Positions 1 through 10,904 of a DNA stretch of 64,000 nt are shown in pieces. The stretch is from Vampirovibrionaceae bacterium NZW_1234 (GTDB taxonomy: Bacteria > Cyanobacteriota > Vampirovibrionia > Vampirovibrionales > JAGQHJ01). Both the position numbers and the translations under genes were made by a program. The notes beneath the pieces were generated by a model. The model was not told where the DNA came from. It saw nothing but the letters and a program-made list of their open reading frames with translations, and did not search any database. The stretch is from contig JBGUGD010000039.1 in the NCBI GenBank assembly GCA_041697335.1, forward strand, positions 160,001 to 224,000. Reading direction: 5' to 3'. Each line of letters begins with the position of its first letter. Position 1 is the stretch's first letter.

Positions 1-97
1 AAGGCACCCGATGCTTTCCGATTTCAAACTCAACGTAATCATCGGTGGAAACATCCTGGGTATGACCTTGGGTCGGGTTGGCGTGTTCTTCACTCAT
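1..97 (-). CDS. 5' part of a gene in the cbb3 oxidase operon (possibly CcoP-like N-terminus), truncated by the window edge
   Basis: Hand translation MSEEHANPTQGHTQDVSTDDYVEFEIGKHRVP..., preceded by a GAGG RBS; follows ccoS on the same strand. Confidence 0.5.
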   Translation of the reverse strand, partial: MSEEHANPTQGHTQDVSTDDYVEFEIGKHRVP

Positions 98-127
98 GGT
101 CTCGTTACCTCAAGCCTCTTTCGCTTC

Positions 128-298
128 TTAATCATCTAACATGCGGTATTTCGTATCTTCCAGCGCTTCCAGCCGCCCACTGCGTGAGGCAATAAACATG
201 GCCCCCACAGCACCGACGAAGAAGAGGGCACAGATCAGCAGGGCAATGATGTAGCCGGGAGACAATGCTGACAGTGCCGGAAAACAGTTGGGACACAT
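128..298 (-). CDS. ccoS: cbb3-type oxidase maturation protein, CcoS-like (56 aa, not in the ORF track)
   Basis: Hand translation MCPNCFPALSALSPGYIIALLICALFFVGAVGAMFIASRSGRLEALEDTKYRMLDD: one TM helix plus an SG..E...RML.DD tail; starts right after the ccoO stop. Confidence 0.7.
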   Translation of the reverse strand: MCPNCFPALSALSPGYIIALLICALFFVGAVGAMFIASRSGRLEALEDTKYRMLDD

Positions 299-1252
299 TT
301 ATCGATTCCCCAAGTTACGGCTGGAACCATAGGTATTACCCTCGTCTGTGCCCAGCTTATCCACAGAGCGGTAGTTCTGATCCAGGGCAAAGGGGTTGTC
401 CACCTGCTCGATGCTTTGGATTTCCTCTCCGGCAGCCTGGGCATCCTGCGGCAGGGTTTTCAGGAAGGCCACCAGATACAGCATCTGCTCGCGACCCAAG
501 GAGAGACCCCAGCGAGGCATCCGGGTTCCGGGAACCCCTTCCTTGACCCGGTAGTACCACATGGCATCGGTAAAGTTGTTGTAGAAGGGCCGGGTAAAGT
601 TGGCCGGTTTCTTTTCCATGGTCAAACTCATCGGACCGTTGCCCTTGCCTTGAATGCCGTGGCAGACAGAGCAGTTTTGCATGTAAATGCCTCGACCGGC
701 GTTGGCGGCCGCAGGCGAATTCACGTTGACGTGGGTTTTCACATGATCGTATTCGTCCCGCATTTCCTGAGGCGGCATCACCCAATGCTCCACCTTCCGG
801 TTGGCCCCGAGGGTCTGGAGGTAAGCCACCAGCTGATCCATTTCCTCATCGGTCAGATAGGAGTAGCTGGGCATAATCGAACCCGGTTTCACCTTACGCG
901 GGTACATATGGTGGGTGCGGTGCCATTGACTGGGGTACTTGCCCCCGATGTTGGACAGATCCGGACCGGTCCGCTCGGTTCCCAAGACGTGGGGGGTTTC
1001 AAACATGTAATCGCCGGCAGCCACCATCTCGCCGCCGCCACGGTCTTGGTAGCGGTTAAACTGGGTATGGCAGTAGAAACAGCCTTCCCGACGATAGATG
1101 TTCCGACCGGCCAATTCTTTGGGCGTGTACTGATGCGCCGCAGCGGTCGGAGTCGGACGAAAGGTACTGGCCGGCAGAACCGTGGTAACAAAGATAATGA
1201 CTAAGAAGATGAGAACCACAAAGCTTCCAGCAACCAGATAATTTATTCTCAT
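299..1252 (-). CDS. ccoO: cbb3-type cytochrome c oxidase subunit II fused to a second cytochrome c domain
   Basis: GRNIYRREGCFYCHTQ, GTERTGPDLSNIG and PGSIMPSY CcoO motifs; second CXXCH (CSVCH) with PGTRMP. Confidence 0.9.
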   Translation of the reverse strand: MRINYLVAGSFVVLIFLVIIFVTTVLPASTFRPTPTAAAHQYTPKELAGRNIYRREGCFYCHTQFNRYQDRGGGEMVAAGDYMFETPHVLGTERTGPDLSNIGGKYPSQWHRTHHMYPRKVKPGSIMPSYSYLTDEEMDQLVAYLQTLGANRKVEHWVMPPQEMRDEYDHVKTHVNVNSPAAANAGRGIYMQNCSVCHGIQGKGNGPMSLTMEKKPANFTRPFYNNFTDAMWYYRVKEGVPGTRMPRWGLSLGREQMLYLVAFLKTLPQDAQAAGEEIQSIEQVDNPFALDQNYRSVDKLGTDEGNTYGSSRNLGNR

Positions 1253-1309
1253 AACCGAAGGTCCTTTTTCTATCCTATTCTTCTGCCGATTCTACTGCTC
1301 GGGCCGATA

Positions 1310-2740
1310 CTAAACGTAGACAATGCCCGTGGGGGAATGCGGGAGCGCCTCGCATTGCTCACGGCTGAAGACGGTTTTGTACACATTAAACATAAAGAGA
1401 ATTTGACCCAGAACAATCATCACGCCCGACAGGGAGCGGATCCACCAGTAGGGTACCAGCTCGATAACCCACTGATCCAGGGGAATCCCGTGGTGCCAGC
1501 CTGCCGACTGAACCAGACCGGCAATGGTCAAATCGATCATCATCAAAATCCAGCCATACAGGGACAACCAGAAGTGCCACACAGCCAGGCGCTTGCTGTA
1601 CATCTTGCGCCCCGTAATCCGGGGGATGATGTAATAGGTGGCGGCAAAGACAAAGAAGGAGAAGGTTGCCAGCAAGGCCATGTGGGCGTGGGCCACAACC
1701 CAGTTGGTAAAGTGAAGATACCAGTTAACCCATCGGGTCGCCTGAAAGGGCCCTTGAATACAGGTTAAGAGATACGCAATCCCGCCGGCCATGGCAAAGC
1801 GAAGCGGAATGTGTTCAGCCGCCGTATGCCATTTGCCTTTCAAGGTCATAAAGAAGTTGGTCAATACCGTCAATACCGGCACCAACAAAAAGACACTGGA
1901 GATAACGGCCACCGATTTCAGCCACTCGGGAACCGGGGACTGCAAAATGTGGTGCGTCCCGGTGGGGGCATAGAACATCCCGATGGTCCAGAACCCGATC
2001 ATGGATAAGGTGTGGCTATAAAGCGGGTTGCCGGTAAACTTGGGAATCAGGTAGTACATAATCCCAACCCCACCGACGGTAAACCACATCCCTAAGATAT
2101 TGTGTCCGTAGAACCAACCGGTAATGGCATCGTTCAAACCTTCCAGCTGAACAAAGGCCCGGTTGCCGATAATGTAAACGATGGGAAACCAGAAGAGCGC
2201 CCCAAGGAAGTACCAGATGGAGACGTACCATTTTTTCTCCGTCCCGGTCATCACGGTCATCCAGCAATTGACGCCCAACATCAACAAGGCCAGCAAAACG
2301 GCCCAATCCAAAACCTGAATGGCGGCGCCACCAATATAGATGGTCCCAGCCAGTTCCGCATATTCACGGGCTTCCGTGTCCCCGTTCAAAATGCCCCAGA
2401 TCCCCCAGAACATCACCAGGTTCCAGGCAAACATGGTCACGTTACCCAGACGCTCGCTCCACAAGCCACGACGTCCCGAAAGGACGGGAATAATGTAGAA
2501 CATACAAGCGGCATAACCCATCGAGAGCCAGCCGACCAAGACAGCGTTGGTGTGAACCGGGCGCAAACGACCAAAGGACAGCTGGGCGACACCGGCCAGG
2601 GCATCCGGCACATCAAACTGCATGGAAGCCAACAAACCGATAGACGTCCCAAACACCAGCCAAAAGATGGCCGTGATCATGAAATTCCGACTCGCACTGT
2701 ACGGTTCTCGACTAAAAATGGCAGATAAAACGCGTTCCAT
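1310..2740 (-). CDS. ccoN: cbb3-type cytochrome c oxidase subunit I
   Basis: FGRLRPVHTN, REYAE, WFYGHN, GTHH and VAHAH heme-copper ligands; multi-TM. Confidence 0.95.
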   Translation of the reverse strand: MERVLSAIFSREPYSASRNFMITAIFWLVFGTSIGLLASMQFDVPDALAGVAQLSFGRLRPVHTNAVLVGWLSMGYAACMFYIIPVLSGRRGLWSERLGNVTMFAWNLVMFWGIWGILNGDTEAREYAELAGTIYIGGAAIQVLDWAVLLALLMLGVNCWMTVMTGTEKKWYVSIWYFLGALFWFPIVYIIGNRAFVQLEGLNDAITGWFYGHNILGMWFTVGGVGIMYYLIPKFTGNPLYSHTLSMIGFWTIGMFYAPTGTHHILQSPVPEWLKSVAVISSVFLLVPVLTVLTNFFMTLKGKWHTAAEHIPLRFAMAGGIAYLLTCIQGPFQATRWVNWYLHFTNWVVAHAHMALLATFSFFVFAATYYIIPRITGRKMYSKRLAVWHFWLSLYGWILMMIDLTIAGLVQSAGWHHGIPLDQWVIELVPYWWIRSLSGVMIVLGQILFMFNVYKTVFSREQCEALPHSPTGIVYV

Positions 2741-2925
2741 AAACTATAGGGACTCCTCTACTGTGGGGGCTTTACCCAGCATCCTTCGGGCATACTTTGA
2801 GCCACGATATAGCATAGTATCCCAAGAGCTGTGTTTGCAGAATATGATATTTCGCAAATGGCCCCGATCGCCTTGACGCCAAGCCTCCTCGCTCTGGGGT
2901 CAGAATCGGGTATAATACCTGTGTT

Positions 2926-3909
2926 ATGACACACACCGACTCAGCGTTAATTTCCATTCACGATCTGACCGTCGCCTTTCCCACGGAGGACGGGCCCGCT
3001 TATGCAGTCAACGAGCTGAATATCAGCGTGGCCTCCCAAAGCGTGCTCGGTCTGGTGGGCGAATCCGGGTGCGGCAAAAGTATGACCAGCCTGGCCATCC
3101 TGGGCCTCATCCCCAAGCCCGGCTACATTGCCCATGGCCACATCCACTTTAACGGCCGGGACCTGACCACGCTCTCCCAGGAACAACTTCGCCACATCCG
3201 GGGCAAGGAAATCGCGTTAATCCCCCAGGACCCGCTCACCTCCTTGAATCCGGTCTACACCATTGGCGACCAGCTCTCGGAAGTGCTGATGCTCCATCAG
3301 GGCCTGTCAAAAAAAGACGCCCTGGCCCGTGCCGTGGAGCTCTTAGACCAGGTTCGCCTGCCGAACGCCAAAAATCGCCTGAACGATTACCCCCACCAGT
3401 TCTCCGGCGGCATGCGCCAGCGCGTCATGATTGCCATGGCCTTGTCCTGCCACCCCAAGCTGCTGATTGCCGATGAGCCGACCACGGCCCTGGATGTGAC
3501 GGTCCAGGCCCAGATCCTGGCCCTGATGAAAGAAATACAACAGGACATGAAGACGGCCATTATCCTGATTACCCATGACCTGGGGGTGGTGGCCGAAATG
3601 TGCGATGATGTCGCCGTCATGTACGCAGGCCGGGTGGTGGAACATGCCCCGGTCAAGGCCTTGTTTGCCTCGCCCTGGCACCCCTACACCCAAGGGCTCT
3701 TGAACTCCTTGCCCAAAGCCGACCGAAGCCGCCTGGAACCCATCGAGGGCCAGCCTCCGGCCTTAACCAAAATCCCGGTCGGATGCAGCTTTGAACCTCG
3801 CTGCCCCAAGCGCATGGACGTCTGCACCACGGCTTTTCCCCCCATTACGGCCAAAAGCAGCGATCATGACGTCCGCTGCTATGCCGTCATGAACACTCCC
3901 AGCGCCTAG
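2926..3909 (+). CDS. oligopeptide/dipeptide ABC transporter ATP-binding protein (OppD/DppD family)
   Basis: [30 protein letters not shown]-terminal GCSFEPRC...C...C. Confidence 0.95.
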   Translation: MTHTDSALISIHDLTVAFPTEDGPAYAVNELNISVASQSVLGLVGESGCGKSMTSLAILGLIPKPGYIAHGHIHFNGRDLTTLSQEQLRHIRGKEIALIPQDPLTSLNPVYTIGDQLSEVLMLHQGLSKKDALARAVELLDQVRLPNAKNRLNDYPHQFSGGMRQRVMIAMALSCHPKLLIADEPTTALDVTVQAQILALMKEIQQDMKTAIILITHDLGVVAEMCDDVAVMYAGRVVEHAPVKALFASPWHPYTQGLLNSLPKADRSRLEPIEGQPPALTKIPVGCSFEPRCPKRMDVCTTAFPPITAKSSDHDVRCYAVMNTPSA

Positions 3910-4098
3910 ATTTTGACAACGGTCTTGCCCTTTCCCGAAAGGTCGTCCTGAGACGGGTTCGGGCTGAACGTCACATCACGAGGTATTGAAACGGTTTTGT
4001 TACATTTGGCCTGCCCCAAGCATGCCGGAGGCTTCAGCCCCGTTCTCTCCCTTAGATAACAATTCCCCCCACGTACAGCGCTATAAAGGAAATCCTCC

Positions 4099-4575
4099 AT
4101 GACTCCGTTTGATCTTCGCTTTGGCCGTTCCCACGTCGTTCGCCTCCATGATTACCAGCCCAAAAACCCGACCCCGAATTCGGTTGCCGAAGACGAGGCC
4201 CGCCAGGAGATCCTTCAGGGCTTAGGGCTCAAAGGCCTGGGCCACGGCCAGGTGGATGGCCAGGATGTCTTTGTCGGCATCATTCCCCAGCATGGCAACT
4301 GTTACCCGGAACTGATCATCAATACCGGCCGGGGCAACGATACCCCCGTGGATCGCAAAATTATCGAGGTCATCCAACAGGCTCTGGCCACCATGCTGAA
4401 AAAACAGGACATGCCTGAAGGCAACCTGAAGTACCTTTACGACCCGAAACAGGACTGTGGCGGCTTTTTTGAACAAGAAGGCACCCAAACCAAAGCCATG
4501 GTCGGCCTGGGGATGTATCACTTCGGCCCCACCCATGAGGATGGCCGCCGAACCTCAGGGGCTCTCGTTCTCTAG
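4099..4575 (+). CDS. hypothetical protein with N-terminal LRFG motif
   Basis: 158-aa ORF with AAGGA RBS filling the gap between two genes. Confidence 0.7.
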   Translation: MTPFDLRFGRSHVVRLHDYQPKNPTPNSVAEDEARQEILQGLGLKGLGHGQVDGQDVFVGIIPQHGNCYPELIINTGRGNDTPVDRKIIEVIQQALATMLKKQDMPEGNLKYLYDPKQDCGGFFEQEGTQTKAMVGLGMYHFGPTHEDGRRTSGALVL

Positions 4576-4593
4576 CAACCTCAATTCAAGACT

Positions 4594-5892
4594 TTAGGAC
4601 GCCTTGGCCAACAGCTGTTTCTTGAGATAGGCCACCGCCGCATCCTTTTGCGGGTCCCGGTTGTTCATCAGGTCGGCCGTGGTGATCGGCACCTCAATGT
4701 CCGGGTGAATGCCCTTCTTGTCAATGTCCTGGCCGGAAGGGGTATAGTACTTGGAGACCGTCAGGTTCAATTCAGAGCCATCTTGCAGGTAATTGATCTT
4801 CTGAACCAGCCCCTTGCCAAAGGTCTTGGCCCCAAGAAGCGTAGCCCGGCCGTTGTCTTTCAAGGCGCCGCCCAGAATTTCACTGGCGCTGGCACTGCCT
4901 TCATCAATGAGCAGGACCACGGGCTTGAGATAAATCGGAGAACGCTTGGCTTGAAAAGGCCGCCGCTTGCCATCGCGATCCACAATCGACACGATTTCGC
5001 CCTGAGCCAGCAGCATGCTGGAAATTTCCAGGGCATTGGGCAAAAGCCCCCCGTTATTACCCCGTACATCAATGATCATGGCCTTCGTATCGCGCTGTTC
5101 CATCAGTTTCTGGCGCATTTCCTGGGCCGTGTCCTGGCTGATAAAGCTTGCCAGACGAATATAGCCGATGTCCTTGGAAACCGGCTCGCCAAACACGGTT
5201 TTCAACACAATTTCTTCCCGGACCAGCTTGAACTGAAGCACCTGGGCCTTGCGCTGAACCTGCAAGGTCACGCTCGTTCCCTTGGGGCCCCGAATGCGCT
5301 CGACCGCATCATCAATGGACATATTGGCCGTGGGCTCGCCGTTGATCTTGATGATCTTGTCCAGGGGCATCATCCCGGCCTTTTTGGCCGGCGAGCCTTC
5401 CAGGGGGGCAACCACGATAATCTGGTTGTCCTTGGGGGCGATCTGAATCCCCACGCCCGACAGGCGCGAGTCAATCTGCATGTTCTGATCCTGGGCCCGT
5501 TTGGGGTTTAAAAACCGGCTGTAGTTGTCGTTCAAACTGGCCAACATGGTGCTGATGGCCGCATAGGCATCATCCCGGGTCTGGATGTGTTCGTTATAGC
5601 GATCTTTCCATTTATACCAATTCTGGCCATTAAACGACGCATCGACGTATTCTTCAAACACCGTCTGCCAGGCTTCGTGGTAGAGGGCCAAGGCCTGCTG
5701 GCGCTCGGACATCTCCACCCCCGAGGTCCCGGGCACTCCCGGCACCAGCCCGTGGCGGGCGAAATCGCACCCGGTCAGCGATGCCAAGGATCCCAAGACC
5801 AGCGTCAGCAATACCAGGACAACGACACCTTGCTTGGAGCGGGCATCGGCCCAGGCAACAGTGGCATGAAGCAAACGAATCAGCGGGCCCAT
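4594..5892 (-). CDS. ctpA: C-terminal processing peptidase S41 (CtpA family), PDZ domain
   Basis: SGVGIQI PDZ start, IDVRGNNGG, GSASASEI, TFGKGLVQ. Confidence 0.93.
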   Translation of the reverse strand: MGPLIRLLHATVAWADARSKQGVVVLVLLTLVLGSLASLTGCDFARHGLVPGVPGTSGVEMSERQQALALYHEAWQTVFEEYVDASFNGQNWYKWKDRYNEHIQTRDDAYAAISTMLASLNDNYSRFLNPKRAQDQNMQIDSRLSGVGIQIAPKDNQIIVVAPLEGSPAKKAGMMPLDKIIKINGEPTANMSIDDAVERIRGPKGTSVTLQVQRKAQVLQFKLVREEIVLKTVFGEPVSKDIGYIRLASFISQDTAQEMRQKLMEQRDTKAMIIDVRGNNGGLLPNALEISSMLLAQGEIVSIVDRDGKRRPFQAKRSPIYLKPVVLLIDEGSASASEILGGALKDNGRATLLGAKTFGKGLVQKINYLQDGSELNLTVSKYYTPSGQDIDKKGIHPDIEVPITTADLMNNRDPQKDAAVAYLKKQLLAKAS

Positions 5893-5932
5893 GGGATCAC
5901 AACATCACAGAAGAACAAGCACACGAAGGCGA

Positions 5933-6460
5933 CTAGTAGCCGCTGTTGTACTCGGTCCGGTCCATTTGCGGCATATTGGGCGACGCGTTGGACAGAATAA
6001 AGAGGTCGATGATTTCCGACAGTTCGTTGGCTTTGCTCTGGTGGAAGCGAATTTCGGATTCCAGCTTACGAATGACGGTTTTGTACTCTTCAATCTTTTT
6101 AATGTTGGAGCGCACCGCGTCCAGGAGCTGGCTTTGAGCGGCCTGAGCATCGGACAGGACGTTTTCCATGGAGATGCCCATGGCTTCCATGGTCAGGCGG
6201 ATGATCTGGGCGCCGGTTTGTTTGGTGACGCCTTCAGGCAAATCCTGCACCAACTGGACCAGGGTTTTCACATTGCCGCTGTATTCGGCGTAATCGAAAT
6301 CTTCGTTCATTTCCGGGTGACTGGTGTACTGACCGCTGGTCATCGAGCTCATTTTTAAATACTCCGTTTCCACTGCATAAGAAGGTTGAGACGCAGAATC
6401 TTGATTGCCCACCGTTTCCGGGGGTTTAGTTAAATCCTTGTAATCGGTTAAATCGACCAT
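5933..6460 (-). CDS. hypothetical coiled-coil protein
   Basis: Start re-set to MVDLTD with GGAGG RBS; helical heptad C-terminal half. Confidence 0.75.
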   Translation of the reverse strand: MVDLTDYKDLTKPPETVGNQDSASQPSYAVETEYLKMSSMTSGQYTSHPEMNEDFDYAEYSGNVKTLVQLVQDLPEGVTKQTGAQIIRLTMEAMGISMENVLSDAQAAQSQLLDAVRSNIKKIEEYKTVIRKLESEIRFHQSKANELSEIIDLFILSNASPNMPQMDRTEYNSGY

Positions 6461-6812
6461 AGCTCCTCCATTACCTTTGGGACGTGCGCCCCGCACATCG
6501 GGATGATTACAGATATGATACGACAAATGATCCAATTCGGACACACACGGCCCGAAAGGGGGCTTGTGCCGAGGACTCACTGGACATGGACCGCTGAGGA
6601 GAATCACCCCCCGTGAGCGCGAAAGCAAACGATCCTACTTGATTTTACCGTGTTCGGTCCGTCTTGAAAAGGGGCCCCATGGCCCAAATCAAGCCCACCT
6701 ACCGGGCTAGGCCATGAGGGGACTCATCCAGGGCATTGCCCGGATGGGGCGTTTTTAACCCCACTTTCGGGCCCAACCTCCGCCTTGGATAAGAAGCTGG
6801 TATAATCGGGGT

Positions 6813-8039
6813 ATGATTCCTCACTACGACACACCATGGCTGATGATTACCGGGGGCGATATCGTCCTTCCCGGCGGCGGTGTGTTGGCCCGAGGCACCC
6901 TGCTCATCAACCAGGGCAAGATTCAAGAGGTTACCGATGCCACCCCGGCCTCGCTGGTGCTGGGGCAAAACGAGGTGACCATTATTGATGCCACCGATTG
7001 CTGGGTGACCCCGGGGTTGATTGACCAGCATCTGCACGGGGCCTTTGGTGTAGACTTCAACCAATCCGGTCTGGATGACATCCATGAACTCTTGACGGTG
7101 CTTCCGCACAAGGGCATTACCACCTTGCTGCCCACGCTGATTACGGCGCCCAAGCTGGATCTGCTGGTGAGCCTGGCCAAGCTGGAGGAAGTGATCCAGA
7201 ACCAGGTGCCGCATCAGGCCCGGATTTTCGGGATTCACCTGGAAGGCCCGTTTTTGAACCCCGAATATCGAGGGGCCCATCCGGCGGAAGATTTACTGAG
7301 GCTCACGGAGAACAACTTGGAAGGGTTGATTTCGCCCAGCCTCAAACGCCTGACCCTGGCACCGGAGCTGGATCCGACCGGAGAGTTTATTCGGGCCTTT
7401 CGGCAGGACAATATTCTGTGTTCCATAGGCCATTCCGGTGCCGATTACGTGACGGCCATGACGGCGTGCAAGGCCGGGGCCACCTGTGCAACCCATCTGT
7501 TTAACGCCATGGGTCGCCTGGATCACCGCAATCCCGGGATTCTGGTGGCGTCTCTGGTGAATGACGAGATGTATGTCGAACTCATTGCCGATGGCCATCA
7601 CCTCTCCCCGCCGGTGGTGGAGATGACCCTCAAGACCAAGCCCTTTGAAAAAACCATTCTCATCAGCGACTGCAACGCCTTAACCGGCATGCCTTCAGGC
7701 TCCTCGTTTCGATTCGGCAAGCAAAGCATTACTATGAAAGCGCATGGGGCCGTGAACGAGGAAGGTCGCCTGGCGGGCAGCACGGCGTTTATCACCGACT
7801 GTGTCAGAAACATAGCACAGTGGGGGCTGTTGTCCTTCCCGGACGCCGTGCAGCTGGCCACCTATCATCCGGCCCAGCATCTGGGGGCAACGCCCAAGCT
7901 CGGGCAGATTGTGCCGGGGGCCACGGCCGATCTGATCTTGTGGCACAAAGACGATCTCAGTATCAGTACCGTCTTTTTGGCCGGGCAGGAGTTGCCGGAG
8001 CTTTCCCCGACGGGCAAGCTCAAGATGGCTATGGCTTAA
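6813..8039 (+). CDS. nagA: N-acetylglucosamine-6-phosphate deacetylase
   Basis: PGLIDQHLHG, HLEGPF, TLAPE, THLFNAM, IADGHH, LAGS. Confidence 0.95.
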   Translation: MIPHYDTPWLMITGGDIVLPGGGVLARGTLLINQGKIQEVTDATPASLVLGQNEVTIIDATDCWVTPGLIDQHLHGAFGVDFNQSGLDDIHELLTVLPHKGITTLLPTLITAPKLDLLVSLAKLEEVIQNQVPHQARIFGIHLEGPFLNPEYRGAHPAEDLLRLTENNLEGLISPSLKRLTLAPELDPTGEFIRAFRQDNILCSIGHSGADYVTAMTACKAGATCATHLFNAMGRLDHRNPGILVASLVNDEMYVELIADGHHLSPPVVEMTLKTKPFEKTILISDCNALTGMPSGSSFRFGKQSITMKAHGAVNEEGRLAGSTAFITDCVRNIAQWGLLSFPDAVQLATYHPAQHLGATPKLGQIVPGATADLILWHKDDLSISTVFLAGQELPELSPTGKLKMAMA

Positions 8040-8063
8040 GGCAAACCTCAAGCGTTATCAAGA

Positions 8064-8774
8064 TTAATCGGCAAAGACCATGCGCTTTAAATAGGTGGCA
8101 CCGGATTTGGAGCGATGCAGGGCCTGTTTCAGGCGGAAGCACGAAGGGCATTGGCCGCATTGGACATCGGCATCGGTGTAGCAGCTCCAGATGAGGTGCA
8201 GGGGCACATCCAGCTCGACCGCGGCATCCACAATCTCGGTTTTGTTCAAGTCACCTACCGGGCAGACCACCTCGGGGTGATTGAGGGTCGAGAGTTCAAA
8301 GGCGGCATTGATGCGATCGCGAAACTCGGGGGTGTTGTCCGGGAAGCGCTCGGCCTCTTCGGCATTGGCCCCGAACAGGATAATCGAGGCTTCAAGAGCT
8401 TCGGCGTAGGTGGCGGCGATGTTCAGAAACAGCCCGTTACGGTTGGGAACCCAGACGGGTTTGGCGTCAAAAAAGGCGTCATCGATAGAGCCCTTCATCC
8501 AGTCCATGGGCACCACGGGCTCCTGGCCATTGCGGCGCATAACCAGGTTTTTGGGCAGCAGGGACGACAGCCAGGGCAGGGCAATGATTTCGTGCTTGAC
8601 CCGATAATGCTCGGCCACCAGGCGGGAGGCTTTGACTTCCTTGCCAAAGGCACGCTGGCCATAATTGAAGGTCAGGGCGAGAACCACCTCGTATTCCTGA
8701 ACTGCTTTGGCCAGGGCCACGGTAGAATCCAGGCCGCCGGAGAGTAGAATCACCGCATTTTGTCTATGGAACAT
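8064..8774 (-). CDS. queC: 7-cyano-7-deazaguanine synthase
   Basis: LLSGGLDST, WVPNRN, FPDN, WSCY...CGQCPSC; start re-set to MFHRQ, overlapping the upstream stop. Confidence 0.93.
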   Translation of the reverse strand: MFHRQNAVILLSGGLDSTVALAKAVQEYEVVLALTFNYGQRAFGKEVKASRLVAEHYRVKHEIIALPWLSSLLPKNLVMRRNGQEPVVPMDWMKGSIDDAFFDAKPVWVPNRNGLFLNIAATYAEALEASIILFGANAEEAERFPDNTPEFRDRINAAFELSTLNHPEVVCPVGDLNKTEIVDAAVELDVPLHLIWSCYTDADVQCGQCPSCFRLKQALHRSKSGATYLKRMVFAD

Positions 8775-9744
8775 AGGTTTCAAGCTCCTGTCTGATAAAG
8801 TTCGGTAAATTTTCCTGGGTATCCAGAATCTCGCGGATGAGGGCTTCGCCACCCAGCTGGTAGAGGGTCGAGGCGGCGGCAATGGCCACATCGTCATCGG
8901 AATCAAAGAGGCGTTCGCGAAGGACCCCGATACAGCTTTCATCGCCGATTTCGGCCAGCGACTCGACGGCCGACAGGCGGATGGAGGCGGCGTCATCGTT
9001 CAAGGCTTCCAGCAACGCTTTTTGGGCCTTGTTATGATTGGACCCCAAGCGGCCAATGGCCTCGACAATCTGCTCTTTCAAGAAGTTGAACTTGTTTTTC
9101 AGCCCTTTTTGGGATTCAAACATTTCCAACAGGGGATCCAGGGCCCGGATGTCACCCAGCATCCCCAAGGCCTTAATGGCCGATTCTTTCAAGTACTGAC
9201 TGGACTCTTTGTCATCCTGCACAATATTAATCAACGGATTTAAGGCCTGGGAATCGCCCAATCGGCCCAAACTTTCGGCTGCAGCCAGCCTCAGGCGGTA
9301 ATTTTCCTTCTGGTTTCCGAGCACGCTCATCAGCGGCACCAGCGCCCGGTCGTCGCCCATCCGTCCCAGGGCCTGGATGGCGGTAATGCGAATTCGCATG
9401 CCCACGTCGCTTTGGGCAAAGTCTTTGTGGGATTGTTCAATGGTGGTTTTACCCGAGCACAGCACCAGATCGATCAAGGGCATCACGGCACTGTAGATTT
9501 TCTTGCGGGCCAGGATATTGATGACATGCATCATGACCCGGGGCTCGGCATCGTGATTGATGACACTGAGCAGGGCATGGACAGATTGGGGTTCGGCCCG
9601 ATCGGCGAGTTGGGTGGCCGCTTCGATGCGGACGGTGACCGATTCCTCAGCCGAAAGCACTTGCTGGAGCAAGACCTCAAGGCTCTTCGGTTGGTTTTTG
9701 TCAGGTGGCGCCATAACCACGTTTAATCCGGTTTCCCATTCCAC
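8764..9744 (-). CDS. HEAT-repeat (PBS lyase-like) protein
   Basis: Repeated R..AA.ALG.LGD..A..PL units; GTG start chosen from a GAGGAG RBS (uncertain). Confidence 0.85.
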   Translation of the reverse strand: MEWETGLNVVMAPPDKNQPKSLEVLLQQVLSAEESVTVRIEAATQLADRAEPQSVHALLSVINHDAEPRVMMHVINILARKKIYSAVMPLIDLVLCSGKTTIEQSHKDFAQSDVGMRIRITAIQALGRMGDDRALVPLMSVLGNQKENYRLRLAAAESLGRLGDSQALNPLINIVQDDKESSQYLKESAIKALGMLGDIRALDPLLEMFESQKGLKNKFNFLKEQIVEAIGRLGSNHNKAQKALLEALNDDAASIRLSAVESLAEIGDESCIGVLRERLFDSDDDVAIAAASTLYQLGGEALIREILDTQENLPNFIRQELETYVP

Positions 9745-9959
9745 AGCGCTGGACTCCTCACTGGCGAGGCCCCGTTCACACCGAGGGATTCGCATTGTGA
9801 GTAGTGTAGCAGAGACATGGTAAACGCTCCAGAGGGAACTGCCTACCCCACTCATTGTACTGAAATCTGGCAATCCCGGTAATCCTTCAAATCCGGCAGA
9901 TCCGATCATGGTTCAATTCCCTTGGTCCATTCCCCTTATTCTCCCGATGCGGGTGGGTT

Positions 9960-10904
9960 TTAATACCGGTACTCGTCGGATTCGGGCGGATTCATGCGCC
10001 GGTGTGCCAGCTCAGACACGCGGTGGTATTCTCGTTGGGCGTGGTGGGCCAGGGTTTGAAAGACTTCTTCCACCAGGTACAGGCGCTGGGGGGAATAGAC
10101 CACTTCCCAGTCGATGCCCTGTTTCAGGTACTCGATGATGGCTTTAAATTGTTCCAGGTCGATCTTCAGGGGTGGGGGTGTTTCAAAGGGTCTTTTATAC
10201 CGAGGTTTTTTGGCTTGGAGCAGATAGAACCGCAAGACGGACTCGGGTTCTTGTGCGGCCTGCATGGCTCGCCGCAGCTCTTCCTGGACGATAGGCGGGT
10301 ATTGGAGCAGGCGACAGACGTCGGTTTTTTTGGCGCCAATGGATTTAAGTTCCGGGAAACGTTTGACGCATTCACCCACCTTGATGTCCCGACGAATGGT
10401 GCGAGTACCAGCGCCAAGAGACTTTGCTTTAAGAGATACAAAGGACTTATTCACCGTGTGGCCAAATTGGCCACACGGTGCTCCTCGGTTAGCACCATGC
10501 TTTGTTTCCGGGTAAACGGCTTCGTAAATATCGCGTTCGCGCACTAAGGCTTCGCAGGCCTCCAAGTCGGGGAGGTTTTTGCGTTTGGTATTGGCGTGGA
10601 GTTTGAGGAGGAACTCGGCTTCATCGGAGGCCGGGGTCAGGACCAGGCAGGGAGCCTCTTTAAAGTTACTGGCCTTGAGGGCTTCATAGCGGTGGTGGCC
10701 GCTGAGGATCTGGTAGCGCCCCTGGCCCAGGGGTTTGACCAGCAGCGGGTGCAGGGGGCCGCGGCCCAGAGTTTGGAAGCTTTCCACCAGATCCGCCACG
10801 TGGGCGGCATCAAGTTCCTGGCGTAGCGGGTCCGGATCGGGGACCAGGCAGTCCAGTTTAATGGGTTGAATGCGCAGATGGCTTGTTGCGAGGGTGGGGA
10901 ACAT
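9960..10904 (-). CDS. ParB/Srx N-terminal-domain protein (solo, no ParA adjacent)
   Basis: LHPLLVKP...YQILSGHHRYEA, HANTKRKNL, YPETKHGANR, putative HTH GAGTRTIRRDI. Confidence 0.85.
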   Translation of the reverse strand: MFPTLATSHLRIQPIKLDCLVPDPDPLRQELDAAHVADLVESFQTLGRGPLHPLLVKPLGQGRYQILSGHHRYEALKASNFKEAPCLVLTPASDEAEFLLKLHANTKRKNLPDLEACEALVRERDIYEAVYPETKHGANRGAPCGQFGHTVNKSFVSLKAKSLGAGTRTIRRDIKVGECVKRFPELKSIGAKKTDVCRLLQYPPIVQEELRRAMQAAQEPESVLRFYLLQAKKPRYKRPFETPPPLKIDLEQFKAIIEYLKQGIDWEVVYSPQRLYLVEEVFQTLAHHAQREYHRVSELAHRRMNPPESDEYRY

